Virus record (IMG/VR): IMGVR_UViG_3300032218_001401
Location: 1 to 30,483 of that record
Direction: 5' to 3' (one strand)
Length of the DNA stretch: 30,483 nucleotides
Source: a virus
Lineage: Duplodnaviria; Caudoviricetes
Part shown: in pieces, positions 7,990-16,444 of the stretch
How the letters are laid out: the number at the start of each line of letters is the position of its first letter
Numbering within the stretch: the first letter of the stretch is position 1
The notes under the pieces: model-generated
Seen by the model: only the letters and a program-made list of their open reading frames with translations
Databases searched by the model: none
What the model was told of the DNA's origin: nothing
Translations under genes and position numbers: made by a program

Positions 7990-9838
7990 GGTTTACCGGA
8001 AGGCATTTCTAGAAGGCTTGCGGCCTGAGCCTGATCTGACGGTTAGCGAATGGGCTGATCGCTACCGGATGCTCAGCAGCAAAGCGAGCGCTGAGCCTGG
8101 ACCATGGCGCACGCATAGGACGCCGTATCTGCGTGAGCCGATGGATGCGTTGAGCAGCAACAGCCCGATCCAACGTGTGGTGCTGATGTTCGCGGCGCAG
8201 ACGGGCAAGACCGAAGCCGGCAGTAATTGGTTGGGCTATGTGATCGCGCACGCGCCTGGTCCGATGCTTGCGGTGCAGCCAACGGTGGAGATGGCCAAGC
8301 GGCTGAGTAAGCAGCGGCTTGAGTCGATGATCACCGAGACGCCATGCCTGAGCGAACGGATCGCACCGAGTCGCAGCCGAGACAGTGGAAACACGATGTT
8401 TTCGAAAGAGTTCCCCGGCGGGATGATGTTGCTGACTGGGGCGAACTCAGCGACGGGTCTGCGCTCGACGCCGTGCCGATACATTTTCTGCGATGAGGTG
8501 GACGCCTTCCCACTGGACGTGGACGGCGAGGGCGACCCGGTGAGCTTGGCGGAGAAGCGGGCGACGACATTTGCGCGGCGCAAGATCCTGCTGACCAGCA
8601 CGCCAACGGTGAAGGACTTCAGCCGGATCGAAGCGGAGTATGAGCGCAGCGATCAGCGGCGGTACTTCGTGCCATGCCCGCACTGTGAAGCGATGCAATG
8701 GCTGAAGTGGGCGCAATTGAAATGGGAAAACAACGACCCGAGCACGGCGAAATATGAGTGTGAGAAATGCGGCGAGCGGTTTGCGGAGATCCACAAGCCG
8801 GTGATGCTTCGCAAAGGCCAGTGGCGCGCGACGGCACCAAGCGATGGCAAGACGGCTGGGTTCCAGTTGTCGGGGCTCTACAGCCCGCTGGGCTGGTTGA
8901 GCTGGTCGGACATGGTGGACGATTTTTTGCGGGCAAAGGCCGATGCGCCGATGCTGAAGTCGTTTGTGAACACCCGGTTGGCCGAGACCTGGGAAGAGGA
9001 TTACGCCAGCAAGGTGAGCGCGACCGGCTTGCAGGAGCGGTGCGAACACTATGAACCGGCGATGCTGCCCGAGGGTGCGCTGGCGCTCACGGTTGGTGTG
9101 GACGTGCAGGACAACCGCTTGGCTGTGAGCGTGTGGTGCTGGGGGCGCGAGGAAGAGGGCTGGCTTGTGGATCACCAGGAGATCTACGGTGACCCAAGCC
9201 GGCCGGAGTTATGGAAGCAGTTGGATGAGGTGGTGCTGCGTGAGTGGCCGCACGCGCTGGGTGTGAAGTTGCGGCCGGATGTGGTGGCGATCGACTCTGG
9301 CGGACATTTCACCGCTGAGGTTTACCAGTACGCGCGCGAGCGCGGCCGGCAAGGTGCGGTGGCGATTAAAGGCCAAAGCCAACGGGACAAGCCACCGATC
9401 GGCAAGGCGGCAAAAGTGGACGTGAACTACCGGGGCAAGACGCTGAAGCGTGGTGCGCTGGTGTATCCGGTTGGTGGCGACACGATCAAGACCACGCTGT
9501 TTGGACGGTTGAAGCACAACGAAACCGGCGCCGGCTTCCTGCACTTCCACATGAAGACGACCACGGAGTATTTCGAGCAGCTAACGGCAGAGAAACAGGT
9601 GCTCAGGTACAGCCGCGGCGGGTTCCCGGTGCGTGAGTGGGTGAAGAAACCAAGCGCACGCAACGAAGCGCTCGACTGTTTGGTGTACGCCTATGCGGCG
9701 TTAAATCTGATGTATCAGCGTTACGACCGCAGAACCATCTGGGATCAGTTGGAAAGAAGGCTGGATAAGCCAGTGGATAAGGAGCGCAAGGCGCAGCTAA
9801 GATCAGCACAAGGCGCTTCGTTCGCTAGCAACTGGTAG
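7982..9838 (+). CDS. terL: Terminase large subunit, lambda GpA family
   Basis: TVSEWAD, GPWRT.RTPYLREPMD, Walker A AQTGKT, IFCDEVD, STPT, CPHC/CEKC Zn motif, nuclease GVDVQD, IDSGG, RNEALDC. Confidence 0.96.
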   Translation: MAEVYRKAFLEGLRPEPDLTVSEWADRYRMLSSKASAEPGPWRTHRTPYLREPMDALSSNSPIQRVVLMFAAQTGKTEAGSNWLGYVIAHAPGPMLAVQPTVEMAKRLSKQRLESMITETPCLSERIAPSRSRDSGNTMFSKEFPGGMMLLTGANSATGLRSTPCRYIFCDEVDAFPLDVDGEGDPVSLAEKRATTFARRKILLTSTPTVKDFSRIEAEYERSDQRRYFVPCPHCEAMQWLKWAQLKWENNDPSTAKYECEKCGERFAEIHKPVMLRKGQWRATAPSDGKTAGFQLSGLYSPLGWLSWSDMVDDFLRAKADAPMLKSFVNTRLAETWEEDYASKVSATGLQERCEHYEPAMLPEGALALTVGVDVQDNRLAVSVWCWGREEEGWLVDHQEIYGDPSRPELWKQLDEVVLREWPHALGVKLRPDVVAIDSGGHFTAEVYQYARERGRQGAVAIKGQSQRDKPPIGKAAKVDVNYRGKTLKRGALVYPVGGDTIKTTLFGRLKHNETGAGFLHFHMKTTTEYFEQLTAEKQVLRYSRGGFPVREWVKKPSARNEALDCLVYAYAALNLMYQRYDRRTIWDQLERRLDKPVDKERKAQLRSAQGASFASNW

Positions 9839-9841
9839 GCC

Positions 9842-10411
9842 GTGAACATCCCTGCACAGATCACTGCTGGCGACACCGTGAAGTGGCGGGACGTTGCGAC
9901 CAAGGACAACCTTGGCAACGTGGTCGATAGCAGCGCGTGGACGCTGACCTATTACCTGCGCACGGACAAAGCCAACCATGGCGCGACGGCCGTTGGCGCG
10001 GTTTATGGTTCTGGGTGGGAAACCACGCTGAGCGCAACAACTACAGCAGCGTTTGATCCGGGGCATTGGTATTGGCAAGCCATTGCCACCAAAGGCAGCG
10101 ACAAGATCACTCTGGGTGCTGGCCTGATTGATGTCGGCGCTGCGCTTAGCTACACGGGCAACCCTGGCGCATTTGATGGCCGCAGCCAAGCACACCAAGA
10201 TCTTGATGCGGTGGACGCCGCGATCCGCGCGATTGTGTCCGGCGGTGTGGTCCAGGAATACATGATCGCTGGGCGGCGTTTGAAGAAATATGACCTGGCT
10301 GAGTTACAGGTGCTGCGTTCTAGGCTGATTGCTGAGGTGAAGCGTGAACAGGCCGCGGCCTCGGTTGCCCAAGGTCTTGGCAATCCTCACAACCTCTTTG
10401 TTCGGTTCTAA
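9842..10411 (+). CDS. Head-tail adaptor (gpW-like C-terminus) with an extra N-terminal beta-rich domain
   Basis: Occupies the gpW position between terL and portal. C-terminal LDAVDAAIRAI..G.VQEYMIAGRRLKKYDLAEL..LR is gpW-like. GTG start. Confidence 0.75.
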   Translation: MNIPAQITAGDTVKWRDVATKDNLGNVVDSSAWTLTYYLRTDKANHGATAVGAVYGSGWETTLSATTTAAFDPGHWYWQAIATKGSDKITLGAGLIDVGAALSYTGNPGAFDGRSQAHQDLDAVDAAIRAIVSGGVVQEYMIAGRRLKKYDLAELQVLRSRLIAEVKREQAAASVAQGLGNPHNLFVRF

Positions 10412-11922
10412 TGGGCGTTCGATCTGCGATCCGCGAGCTTTTTAGCCGCAACGAAACGCCGGTTCCAGCACCGCGGCGGCGGATGTTTGAAGGTGCCCGC
10501 ACCAGCCGGCTGACGGCTGACTGGGTGACAAGCGCCAGCAGCGTGGATGCTGAGATCAGGTCGAGCCTGTATGCGCTTCGGAATAGGGCGCGACAGCTCT
10601 GCCGTGACTCGGATTATGCAAGGCAGGCGTTGCGTGCAATCGCCAGCAACGTGGTTGGCCAGGGGATTCCGTTTCAGGCGCAGGTCAAACAACAGCGCGG
10701 CAACCGACTGAATACAGCGATTAACGACCAAATAGAGCAGCTTTGGACGAAATGGAGCCGCGCTAAGTATTGCCATACCGCTGGCAAGCTCGGCTTTGCG
10801 GATATTGAGCGGCTGCTGGTGCGCAGCGTGGCTGAAAGCGGTGAGGTGCTGGTGCGAATGGTGAAGCAGCCATTCGGAGATTCCCCGGTGCCGATGGCGT
10901 TGGAGGTGCTTGAGGCTGACCTGCTTGATGACAGGTACAACGGCAAGGTTGCCACCAACGGCAACGAAGTGCGGATGGGCGTCGAGCTGGATAAGTGGCA
11001 CCGGCCGGTCGCGTATTACTTTCTGCCGCGCCATCCGGGTGATTACACCTTCAGCAATTCAACGCCGGATAACTATCTGCCCCGCACGCGGGTGCCGGCG
11101 GATGAGGTGATCCATTTGTTCCTGACCGAACGTCCTGGCCAGACAAGGGGCGTGAGCTGGTTTGCGTCGGCTATCAAGCGGCTGCATCACCTCAGTGGGT
11201 ATGAAGAAGCCGAGGTGATCCGCGCGCGGGCATCGTCGGCGCTGATGGGTTTCATCACATCACCCGAGGGCGAACTGCAAGGCGATGAAGTGCTCGACGG
11301 CGAGCGCGTCTCAAACTTTGAACCTGGGGTCTTTAAGTACCTGGCGCCTGGCGAGTCGGTCAGCGTGCCGACGCTCAATGCTCCTGATGGCCAGTTCGAG
11401 CCGTTCCTGCGCGCCATGCTGCGTGCGGTCTCGGCGGGGCTCGGTGTTTCGTATGAATCGGTGAGCCACGATTTCAGTTCGACCAACTACAGCAGCAGCC
11501 GGCTGAGTTTGCTCGAGGAGCGCGACACCTACCGCCAGCTTCAGGCGTGGATGATCGAGAGCTTCCACCAGCGCGTGTTTGAAGCGTGGCTCGACATGGC
11601 CGTGCTGAGCGGAGCGTTGGATTTGCCGTTGTATGACCTGGACCCTGACCGCTACCGCAACGTGCGGTGGATGCCTCGCGGCTGGGCATGGGTGGATCCG
11701 CAAAAAGAGGTGGACGCATACAAGGCCGCGGAACTTGCCGGCTACATCACCAAGGCTGAGGTGATCGCTGAGAACGGTGGTGACATCGAGGACGTGTTCA
11801 CGCAGCGCCGGCGTGAACTGGATATGGCCGAGCAGTTGCAGCTCTATTTCGACACCACCTATCAGCAGCCTCAAATACCGGCGCCTCAGCCGGATCAACC
11901 CCAAGCTGGTTCTGCGCCATGA
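10411..11922 (+). CDS. Portal protein, lambda gpB family
   Basis: LRNRARQLCRDSDYA, ESGEVLVR, LEVLEADLL, GVELDKW.RPVAY, RPGQTRGVSWFA, NYSSSRLSLLE, WVDPQKEV. Confidence 0.95.
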   Translation: MGVRSAIRELFSRNETPVPAPRRRMFEGARTSRLTADWVTSASSVDAEIRSSLYALRNRARQLCRDSDYARQALRAIASNVVGQGIPFQAQVKQQRGNRLNTAINDQIEQLWTKWSRAKYCHTAGKLGFADIERLLVRSVAESGEVLVRMVKQPFGDSPVPMALEVLEADLLDDRYNGKVATNGNEVRMGVELDKWHRPVAYYFLPRHPGDYTFSNSTPDNYLPRTRVPADEVIHLFLTERPGQTRGVSWFASAIKRLHHLSGYEEAEVIRARASSALMGFITSPEGELQGDEVLDGERVSNFEPGVFKYLAPGESVSVPTLNAPDGQFEPFLRAMLRAVSAGLGVSYESVSHDFSSTNYSSSRLSLLEERDTYRQLQAWMIESFHQRVFEAWLDMAVLSGALDLPLYDLDPDRYRNVRWMPRGWAWVDPQKEVDAYKAAELAGYITKAEVIAENGGDIEDVFTQRRRELDMAEQLQLYFDTTYQQPQIPAPQPDQPQAGSAP

Positions 11923-12302
11923 TTCCCCCCGACCGTTCCACCAATCCGGCCGCGGCCGAGTTTTTTATCACGCTGATGCACGCTGCCACCAGCGGGCACA
12001 TCCTGCATTTCCAAACGCGCAGCTTTGCTCAGCACATGGCGTTGGATGCGTTCTACAGCGAGCTGCCTGGCCTGGTCGATTCCGTTGTTGAGGCATACCA
12101 GGGCAAGTACGGCTTGGTGCTCGATTACCCAAGTGGCTATCAGGTGCCCGTTACAGCCGCGATCGACTTTGTAAGTGCGCTTAGCGATTACGTCATGAGC
12201 AGCCGGGCTAACGTGGCTGATGACAGTGAAATCCAGAACCTCATTGATGAGATTCAGGATTTGATCGACTCGACCCTTTACAAACTGAGGTTCCTGGCAT
12301 GA
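11919..12302 (+). CDS. Dps/ferritin-like four-helix-bundle protein
   Basis: H27-x2-H30...H39-x3-D43-x2-Y46...D54-x3-E58 matches the Dps ferroxidase spacing; acidic C-terminal helix EIQNLIDEIQDLID..LYKL. ATGA overlaps with both portal and capsid polyprotein. Confidence 0.75.
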   Translation: MIPPDRSTNPAAAEFFITLMHAATSGHILHFQTRSFAQHMALDAFYSELPGLVDSVVEAYQGKYGLVLDYPSGYQVPVTAAIDFVSALSDYVMSSRANVADDSEIQNLIDEIQDLIDSTLYKLRFLA

Positions 12303-14449
12303 ACCCAACCGGAGTGAACCAACGGGAACTCAACGATGAGCTGGGTGCCCGTCAAACGTTGATGCACCAGGCGCTTGAGGAAGTCGTTGATGAGTTGGGT
12401 CAGTTTGACCAAACCATTGGCGACGACGGCGCCCATTACATGGGACCGGATGAAAACGTCTTCGCCGCTCAGGGTATGCAGTGCTCCAACTGCGTGTTCT
12501 TTGAAGGCGGCCGCGCGTGCGAATTGGTCCAGGGTGATATTGATCCGGCGGGGCTTTGTAAGCTCTGGATAATTCCTGAGACCTTGCTCCCTCCTGACAT
12601 GACTGAACCACCCGGCGAACTTCCAGAGCGTGCAGCTAAAGCCAAAACCTTGCGCCGCAATGAAGCGGTGACGTTTGTTCGTGCTGCTGAAGGCGAGGAC
12701 AGCCTCACCTATACCTTCCCATTTAGTTCCGAATATCCGGTGCAGCGGTATTTCGGGAATGAGGTGCTGAGCCACGAACGTGGCGCTGCTGATCTCAGCC
12801 GCATGAACGACGCCGCTCCACTCCTTTGGAATCACGACACCAACAAGGTGATCGGCGTGGTCGAGCGTGCCTGGATTGATGAGCAACAAAAGCGCGGTTA
12901 CACAACCGTGCGGTTCAGTCGTAATGCGTTTGCCCAGGAAATCTTGGCTGACGTGCGTGATGGCGTACTGCGCAACGTCTCGTTTGCATACTCTGTGGAT
13001 AACATGGAGGAGCGCAGCGGTAACTTCGTAGTGACCAACTGGACACCTTACGAAGCTTCAATCGTGAGCGTGCCGGCTGACAATTCAGTTGGCATCGGCC
13101 GCGCTCTCGACGCTGAACCCGCGGCCACCGCCGCAATAACCCCCCAACCAGAACCCGAGGTTCAAATGGAATCCACCCCTGACCTGTCAGTGGTGCGGGC
13201 TGAAGCGGCTGAGGCCGAGCGCAGCCGCATCTCCGGCATTACTGCCCTGTGCAACAAGCACGGCATGTCTGATCTTGCTGGCGAACTCGTTCGCGGCGGT
13301 AAAGGCATCGACGAAGCCCGCGCTGCTGTGCTGGAGCGCATGGGCGCCAAGCAACAGCCTGTGCGTGAGGTTTCTGACCTCGGCCTGAACGAAAAGGAAG
13401 TCCGTGAGTTTTCCTTCGTTCGCGCCATCAACGCTCTTGCTAACCCCACCGATCGCGCTGCCCAGCGGGCTGCTGCTTTCGAGTTCGAGGTGAGCGAAGC
13501 TGCTGCTGCTCATTACGGCAAAGACAACCGCGGCATCACCGTGCCGATGGATGTGCTGAAGCGTGACCTGACGGTTGGCACCGCCACCGCTGGTGGTAAC
13601 ACCGTGGCGACCGATCTGCTTGCTGGCGATTTCATCAGCCTGCTTCGCAACCGCGCTGTGGTCATGGGTCTCGGCACCCGCGTGATGACCGGCCTGCAAG
13701 GCAACGTGGCCATCCCCCGCGCCACTTCCGCCGCTACCGCCTACTGGGTTGCTGAATCCGGTGCACCTACCGAAAGCCAACAGGCGTTCGACCAGGTGTC
13801 GATGAGCCCCAAAACCGTGGGTGCTTACACCGACATCAGCCGCAAGCTGCTGCTCCAATCGTCCATCGACGTGGAAAGCTTCGTGCGTGATGACCTTGCC
13901 ACCGTGCTGGGTCTGGAAATCGACCGCGCTGCCATCAATGGCTCCGGTTCTTCCAACCAGCCCACCGGCATCTTGCAAACCTCGGGCATCGGCTCCGTGG
14001 CCGGCGGCACCAACGGTGCAGCTCCCAGCTACGCCAACATCATCGACCTGGAATCCCAAGTCGCTGTGGCCAACGCTGACATTGGCAGCCTGAGCTACCT
14101 GACCAACCCCAAAGTTCGCGGCAAGCTGAAAGGCACCTTCACCAACAGCACCTACGGTGAAATCCCCATCTACGGCGCTGACAACACCCTGAACGGCTAC
14201 AGCGTGGCTGTGACCAATCAGGTGCCTTACAACCTCACCAAAGGTTCTTCCTCTGGTGTGTGCTCGGCCATCATCTTCGGCAACTTTGCCGACCTGATGA
14301 TCGGCATGTGGGGTTCGATCAGCCTGATGGTTGATCCTTACACCTCCAGCACCAGCGGCACCGTCCGCGTGGTGGCTCTCCAGGACATCGACATTGCGGT
14401 TCGGAACGCTGTTTCCTTCGCCGCCATGAAGGACGCCCTGACCGCCTGA
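12299..14449 (+). CDS. Polyprotein: HiPIP-like Cys4 domain + HK97-type prohead protease + scaffold/delta + HK97-fold major capsid protein
   Basis: C62-x2-C65-x8-C74-x12-C87; protease LLWNH179D, NVS228FAY, EASIVSVPAD; coiled-coil AEAERSRISGI; capsid AYWVAESGAPTES..AFDQVSMSPKTVGAYTDISRKLLLQS and IIFGNF. Confidence 0.92.
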   Translation: MNPTGVNQRELNDELGARQTLMHQALEEVVDELGQFDQTIGDDGAHYMGPDENVFAAQGMQCSNCVFFEGGRACELVQGDIDPAGLCKLWIIPETLLPPDMTEPPGELPERAAKAKTLRRNEAVTFVRAAEGEDSLTYTFPFSSEYPVQRYFGNEVLSHERGAADLSRMNDAAPLLWNHDTNKVIGVVERAWIDEQQKRGYTTVRFSRNAFAQEILADVRDGVLRNVSFAYSVDNMEERSGNFVVTNWTPYEASIVSVPADNSVGIGRALDAEPAATAAITPQPEPEVQMESTPDLSVVRAEAAEAERSRISGITALCNKHGMSDLAGELVRGGKGIDEARAAVLERMGAKQQPVREVSDLGLNEKEVREFSFVRAINALANPTDRAAQRAAAFEFEVSEAAAAHYGKDNRGITVPMDVLKRDLTVGTATAGGNTVATDLLAGDFISLLRNRAVVMGLGTRVMTGLQGNVAIPRATSAATAYWVAESGAPTESQQAFDQVSMSPKTVGAYTDISRKLLLQSSIDVESFVRDDLATVLGLEIDRAAINGSGSSNQPTGILQTSGIGSVAGGTNGAAPSYANIIDLESQVAVANADIGSLSYLTNPKVRGKLKGTFTNSTYGEIPIYGADNTLNGYSVAVTNQVPYNLTKGSSSGVCSAIIFGNFADLMIGMWGSISLMVDPYTSSTSGTVRVVALQDIDIAVRNAVSFAAMKDALTA
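13151..13168 (+). promoter_or_regulatory. Internal RBS and in-frame ATG (M290) for a protease-less capsid protein
   Basis: GAACCCGAGG-TTCAA-ATG at 13151-13168, in frame, located right after the protease domain and a low-complexity linker. Confidence 0.6.
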
Positions 14450-14458
14450 TAAGGAGCC

Positions 14459-14485
14459 GGGGGCGGGCAACCGCCCCCTTTTTTT
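14459..14485 (+). terminator. Rho-independent terminator after the capsid gene
   Basis: GGGGGCGG-GCAA-CCGCCCCC-TTTTTTT: perfect 8-bp stem, GNRA loop, 7 T. Confidence 0.92.
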
Positions 14486-14488
14486 CTG

Positions 14489-14677
14489 ATGATGAAAGTC
14501 CTTTTCCTGTTCAACACCGTTGCCGCCTTCCAAGATGTGGAAGCCGGCCAGGTGATGGAGCTTCCTGATCAGGAAGCGAAGTATTTGATCGCCATCGGCA
14601 AGGCAACTGCTGAGTTGCCTGCACCTAAGCCTGCGGCAAAGAAAGCCAAGGCGGAGGCCGCCAATGGCGCTGAATGA
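14489..14677 (+). CDS. Small hypothetical head-associated protein
   Basis: 62 aa directly after the capsid gene; GQVMELPDQEAKYLIAIGKA followed by a K/A/P-rich tail, a pattern common at this position. Confidence 0.7.
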   Translation: MMKVLFLFNTVAAFQDVEAGQVMELPDQEAKYLIAIGKATAELPAPKPAAKKAKAEAANGAE

Positions 14678-14942
14678 AGATCTGACAATCTTCTTTCAGG
14701 ACTTTGGCGTCAGTTGCACGGCTGGCGCCGTTACAGCATTGGGCATTTTGGATATGCCTGCGCAAGTGCTGGCCGGCGACATGGTGCTCAGCACCGATTA
14801 CACGCTGACAGCTCGCACGGCAGATTTCGGCGGGTTGCTTTACGGCGACAGCATCACCGTGAACGGCACAACGTACCAAGTGCGCGAAGTGCGCAAGCTT
14901 GATGATGGCGCCTTGGTTGAAATCGGATTGCAAAAACCATGA
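14664..14942 (+). CDS. Head-tail joining/closure protein (gpFII-like)
   Basis: GDSITVNGTTYQVREVRKLDDG beta-barrel pattern; synteny. Confidence 0.75.
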   Translation: MALNEDLTIFFQDFGVSCTAGAVTALGILDMPAQVLAGDMVLSTDYTLTARTADFGGLLYGDSITVNGTTYQVREVRKLDDGALVEIGLQKP

Positions 14943-15367
14943 CGACTCGCCGCGAAACAATCCTGGCCGGCATCAAGACGGCACTTACCGGCACCACTGG
15001 GGTTGGCACGCGGATCTACCGCAGCCGGGTCGAGCCGATCGCGCGCGAGGAAAGCCCGGCCATCGTGGTTGAACCGCTGAATGACACGGCGAACATCGAA
15101 ACCAACCTGGCCACGCTGACTTGGAACATGACCGTGCGCGTCTCGGTGATCGTGCGCGGTGCCATTCCCGATCAACAGGCGGACAGCATTATTGCAAGCC
15201 TGCACAGCAAGCTCATGGCTGATTACACCTTTGGCGGCTATGCAATCGACATTCTTCCCATTGGCGTAACGTTTAACATGACCGAGGCCGATGGTCCTGC
15301 TGGTGAAATCCAGTGCGATTATCGTGTGATCTATCGAACTTCCCTCACAAATCTGGTGAGCACCTAA
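14939..15367 (+). CDS. Tail terminator (gpU-like)
   Basis: MTTRRETILAGIKTAL...RIYRSRVEP....ESPAIVV; position before the tail tube. Confidence 0.72.
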   Translation: MTTRRETILAGIKTALTGTTGVGTRIYRSRVEPIAREESPAIVVEPLNDTANIETNLATLTWNMTVRVSVIVRGAIPDQQADSIIASLHSKLMADYTFGGYAIDILPIGVTFNMTEADGPAGEIQCDYRVIYRTSLTNLVST

Positions 15368-15543
15368 TGGCTACGATGGAAGACGAATACTGGGGTCAAG
15401 GGGGCACCTACCTCCTGGACCCCAAAACCGGCAAGAGGAAGCTCATTGAGCGGACAGAGCCGGCCAAACCTCTAAACCCTGAACCCGAGGAATTGAGCGA
15501 TGGCTCTGCTATCCCGCAAGCGCCTAATCCTGGCGAAAACTGA
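15367..15543 (+). CDS. Small hypothetical protein
   Basis: TAATG coupling to the gpU-like gene; GQGGTYLLDPKTGKRKLIERT motif. The 3' end overlaps the tail-tube start. Confidence 0.6.
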   Translation: MATMEDEYWGQGGTYLLDPKTGKRKLIERTEPAKPLNPEPEELSDGSAIPQAPNPGEN

Positions 15544-16432
15544 AACCACTTACGGCACCGATTCAACGCCGGCCGGTACTGACGCGGTGCTGGTCCGCAA
15601 TCTGGACATCACTCCGCTGTCTGGTGATCTGGTCAGCCGTGACCTGATCCGCCCCTATCTCGGCAACTACGACCAGTTGATCGCCAAGACATCCGTGGCG
15701 ATTTCCTTTGAGGTGGAACTGGCTGGTTCTGGCACCGCTGGCACCGCTCCCCGTTACGGCGCCATCCTCAAAGCCTGCGGCATGTCTGAGACCATCGTGG
15801 CTTCGACCTCGGTGACCTATGCCCCCGTGAGCAGCAGCTTCAGTTCCGCAACCATCTACTTCAACATTGATGGTGTGCTGCACAAGTTGACTGGTTGCCG
15901 TGGTGACATGTCAATGAGCGTGGCCGTGGGTCAGATCCCGGTTCTCAAGTTCAACCTGACCGGCGCTTACAACGCTCCGACTGACACCGCTCAGCCTGCT
16001 ATCACTTACAGCCAGCAGGCTACGCCACTTGTTTTCCGTAACGGCAACACCAGCGCGTTCTCGTTGTTCTCCTACAGCGGTGTGCTCCAGTCTGTGGAGT
16101 TCAACATGGCCAACAGCATTGTGTATCGCGAGCTGGTGGGCGGCACCGCTGGAACCCTGATCACTGACCGCAAGCCTGCTGGAACAGTGATGATCGAAGC
16201 GCCGACGATCGCTGCTAAGGACTTTTTCTCAGCCGCCATTGGCACTTCCTATGGTGCTTTGACGTTCCTTCACGGCACAACTGCTGGAAACAAGGTAACG
16301 TTTACAGCGTCACAGACTGACATTCTCAACCCGACCTATCAGGATTCAGACGGCATTGCGATGCTTAGCATCCCCTATGTCGCTGTTCCCAGCTCGGCGG
16401 GCAACGACGAGTTCAGCCTGGCCTACACCTAA
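15500..16432 (+). CDS. Major tail tube protein
   Basis: LILAKTETTYGTD, RDLIRPYLG, FEVELAGSGTAGTAP, GNDEFSL; strongly biased codons; precedes the chaperones and tape measure. Confidence 0.85.
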   Translation: MALLSRKRLILAKTETTYGTDSTPAGTDAVLVRNLDITPLSGDLVSRDLIRPYLGNYDQLIAKTSVAISFEVELAGSGTAGTAPRYGAILKACGMSETIVASTSVTYAPVSSSFSSATIYFNIDGVLHKLTGCRGDMSMSVAVGQIPVLKFNLTGAYNAPTDTAQPAITYSQQATPLVFRNGNTSAFSLFSYSGVLQSVEFNMANSIVYRELVGGTAGTLITDRKPAGTVMIEAPTIAAKDFFSAAIGTSYGALTFLHGTTAGNKVTFTASQTDILNPTYQDSDGIAMLSIPYVAVPSSAGNDEFSLAYT

Positions 16433-16444
16433 TAGGAGCACTGC

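Noticed and set aside
11919-14449. Reading the ferritin-like + HK97-fold pair as a cellular encapsulin locus
   Set aside because: The shell gene has a protease and scaffold and is embedded among terminase, portal and tail genes, so it is a true phage capsid; the encapsulin parallel is only an analogy.
13187-14533. 448-aa minus-strand ORF opposite the capsid gene
   Set aside because: Antisense shadow of a strongly codon-biased GC-rich gene; no recognisable motifs.
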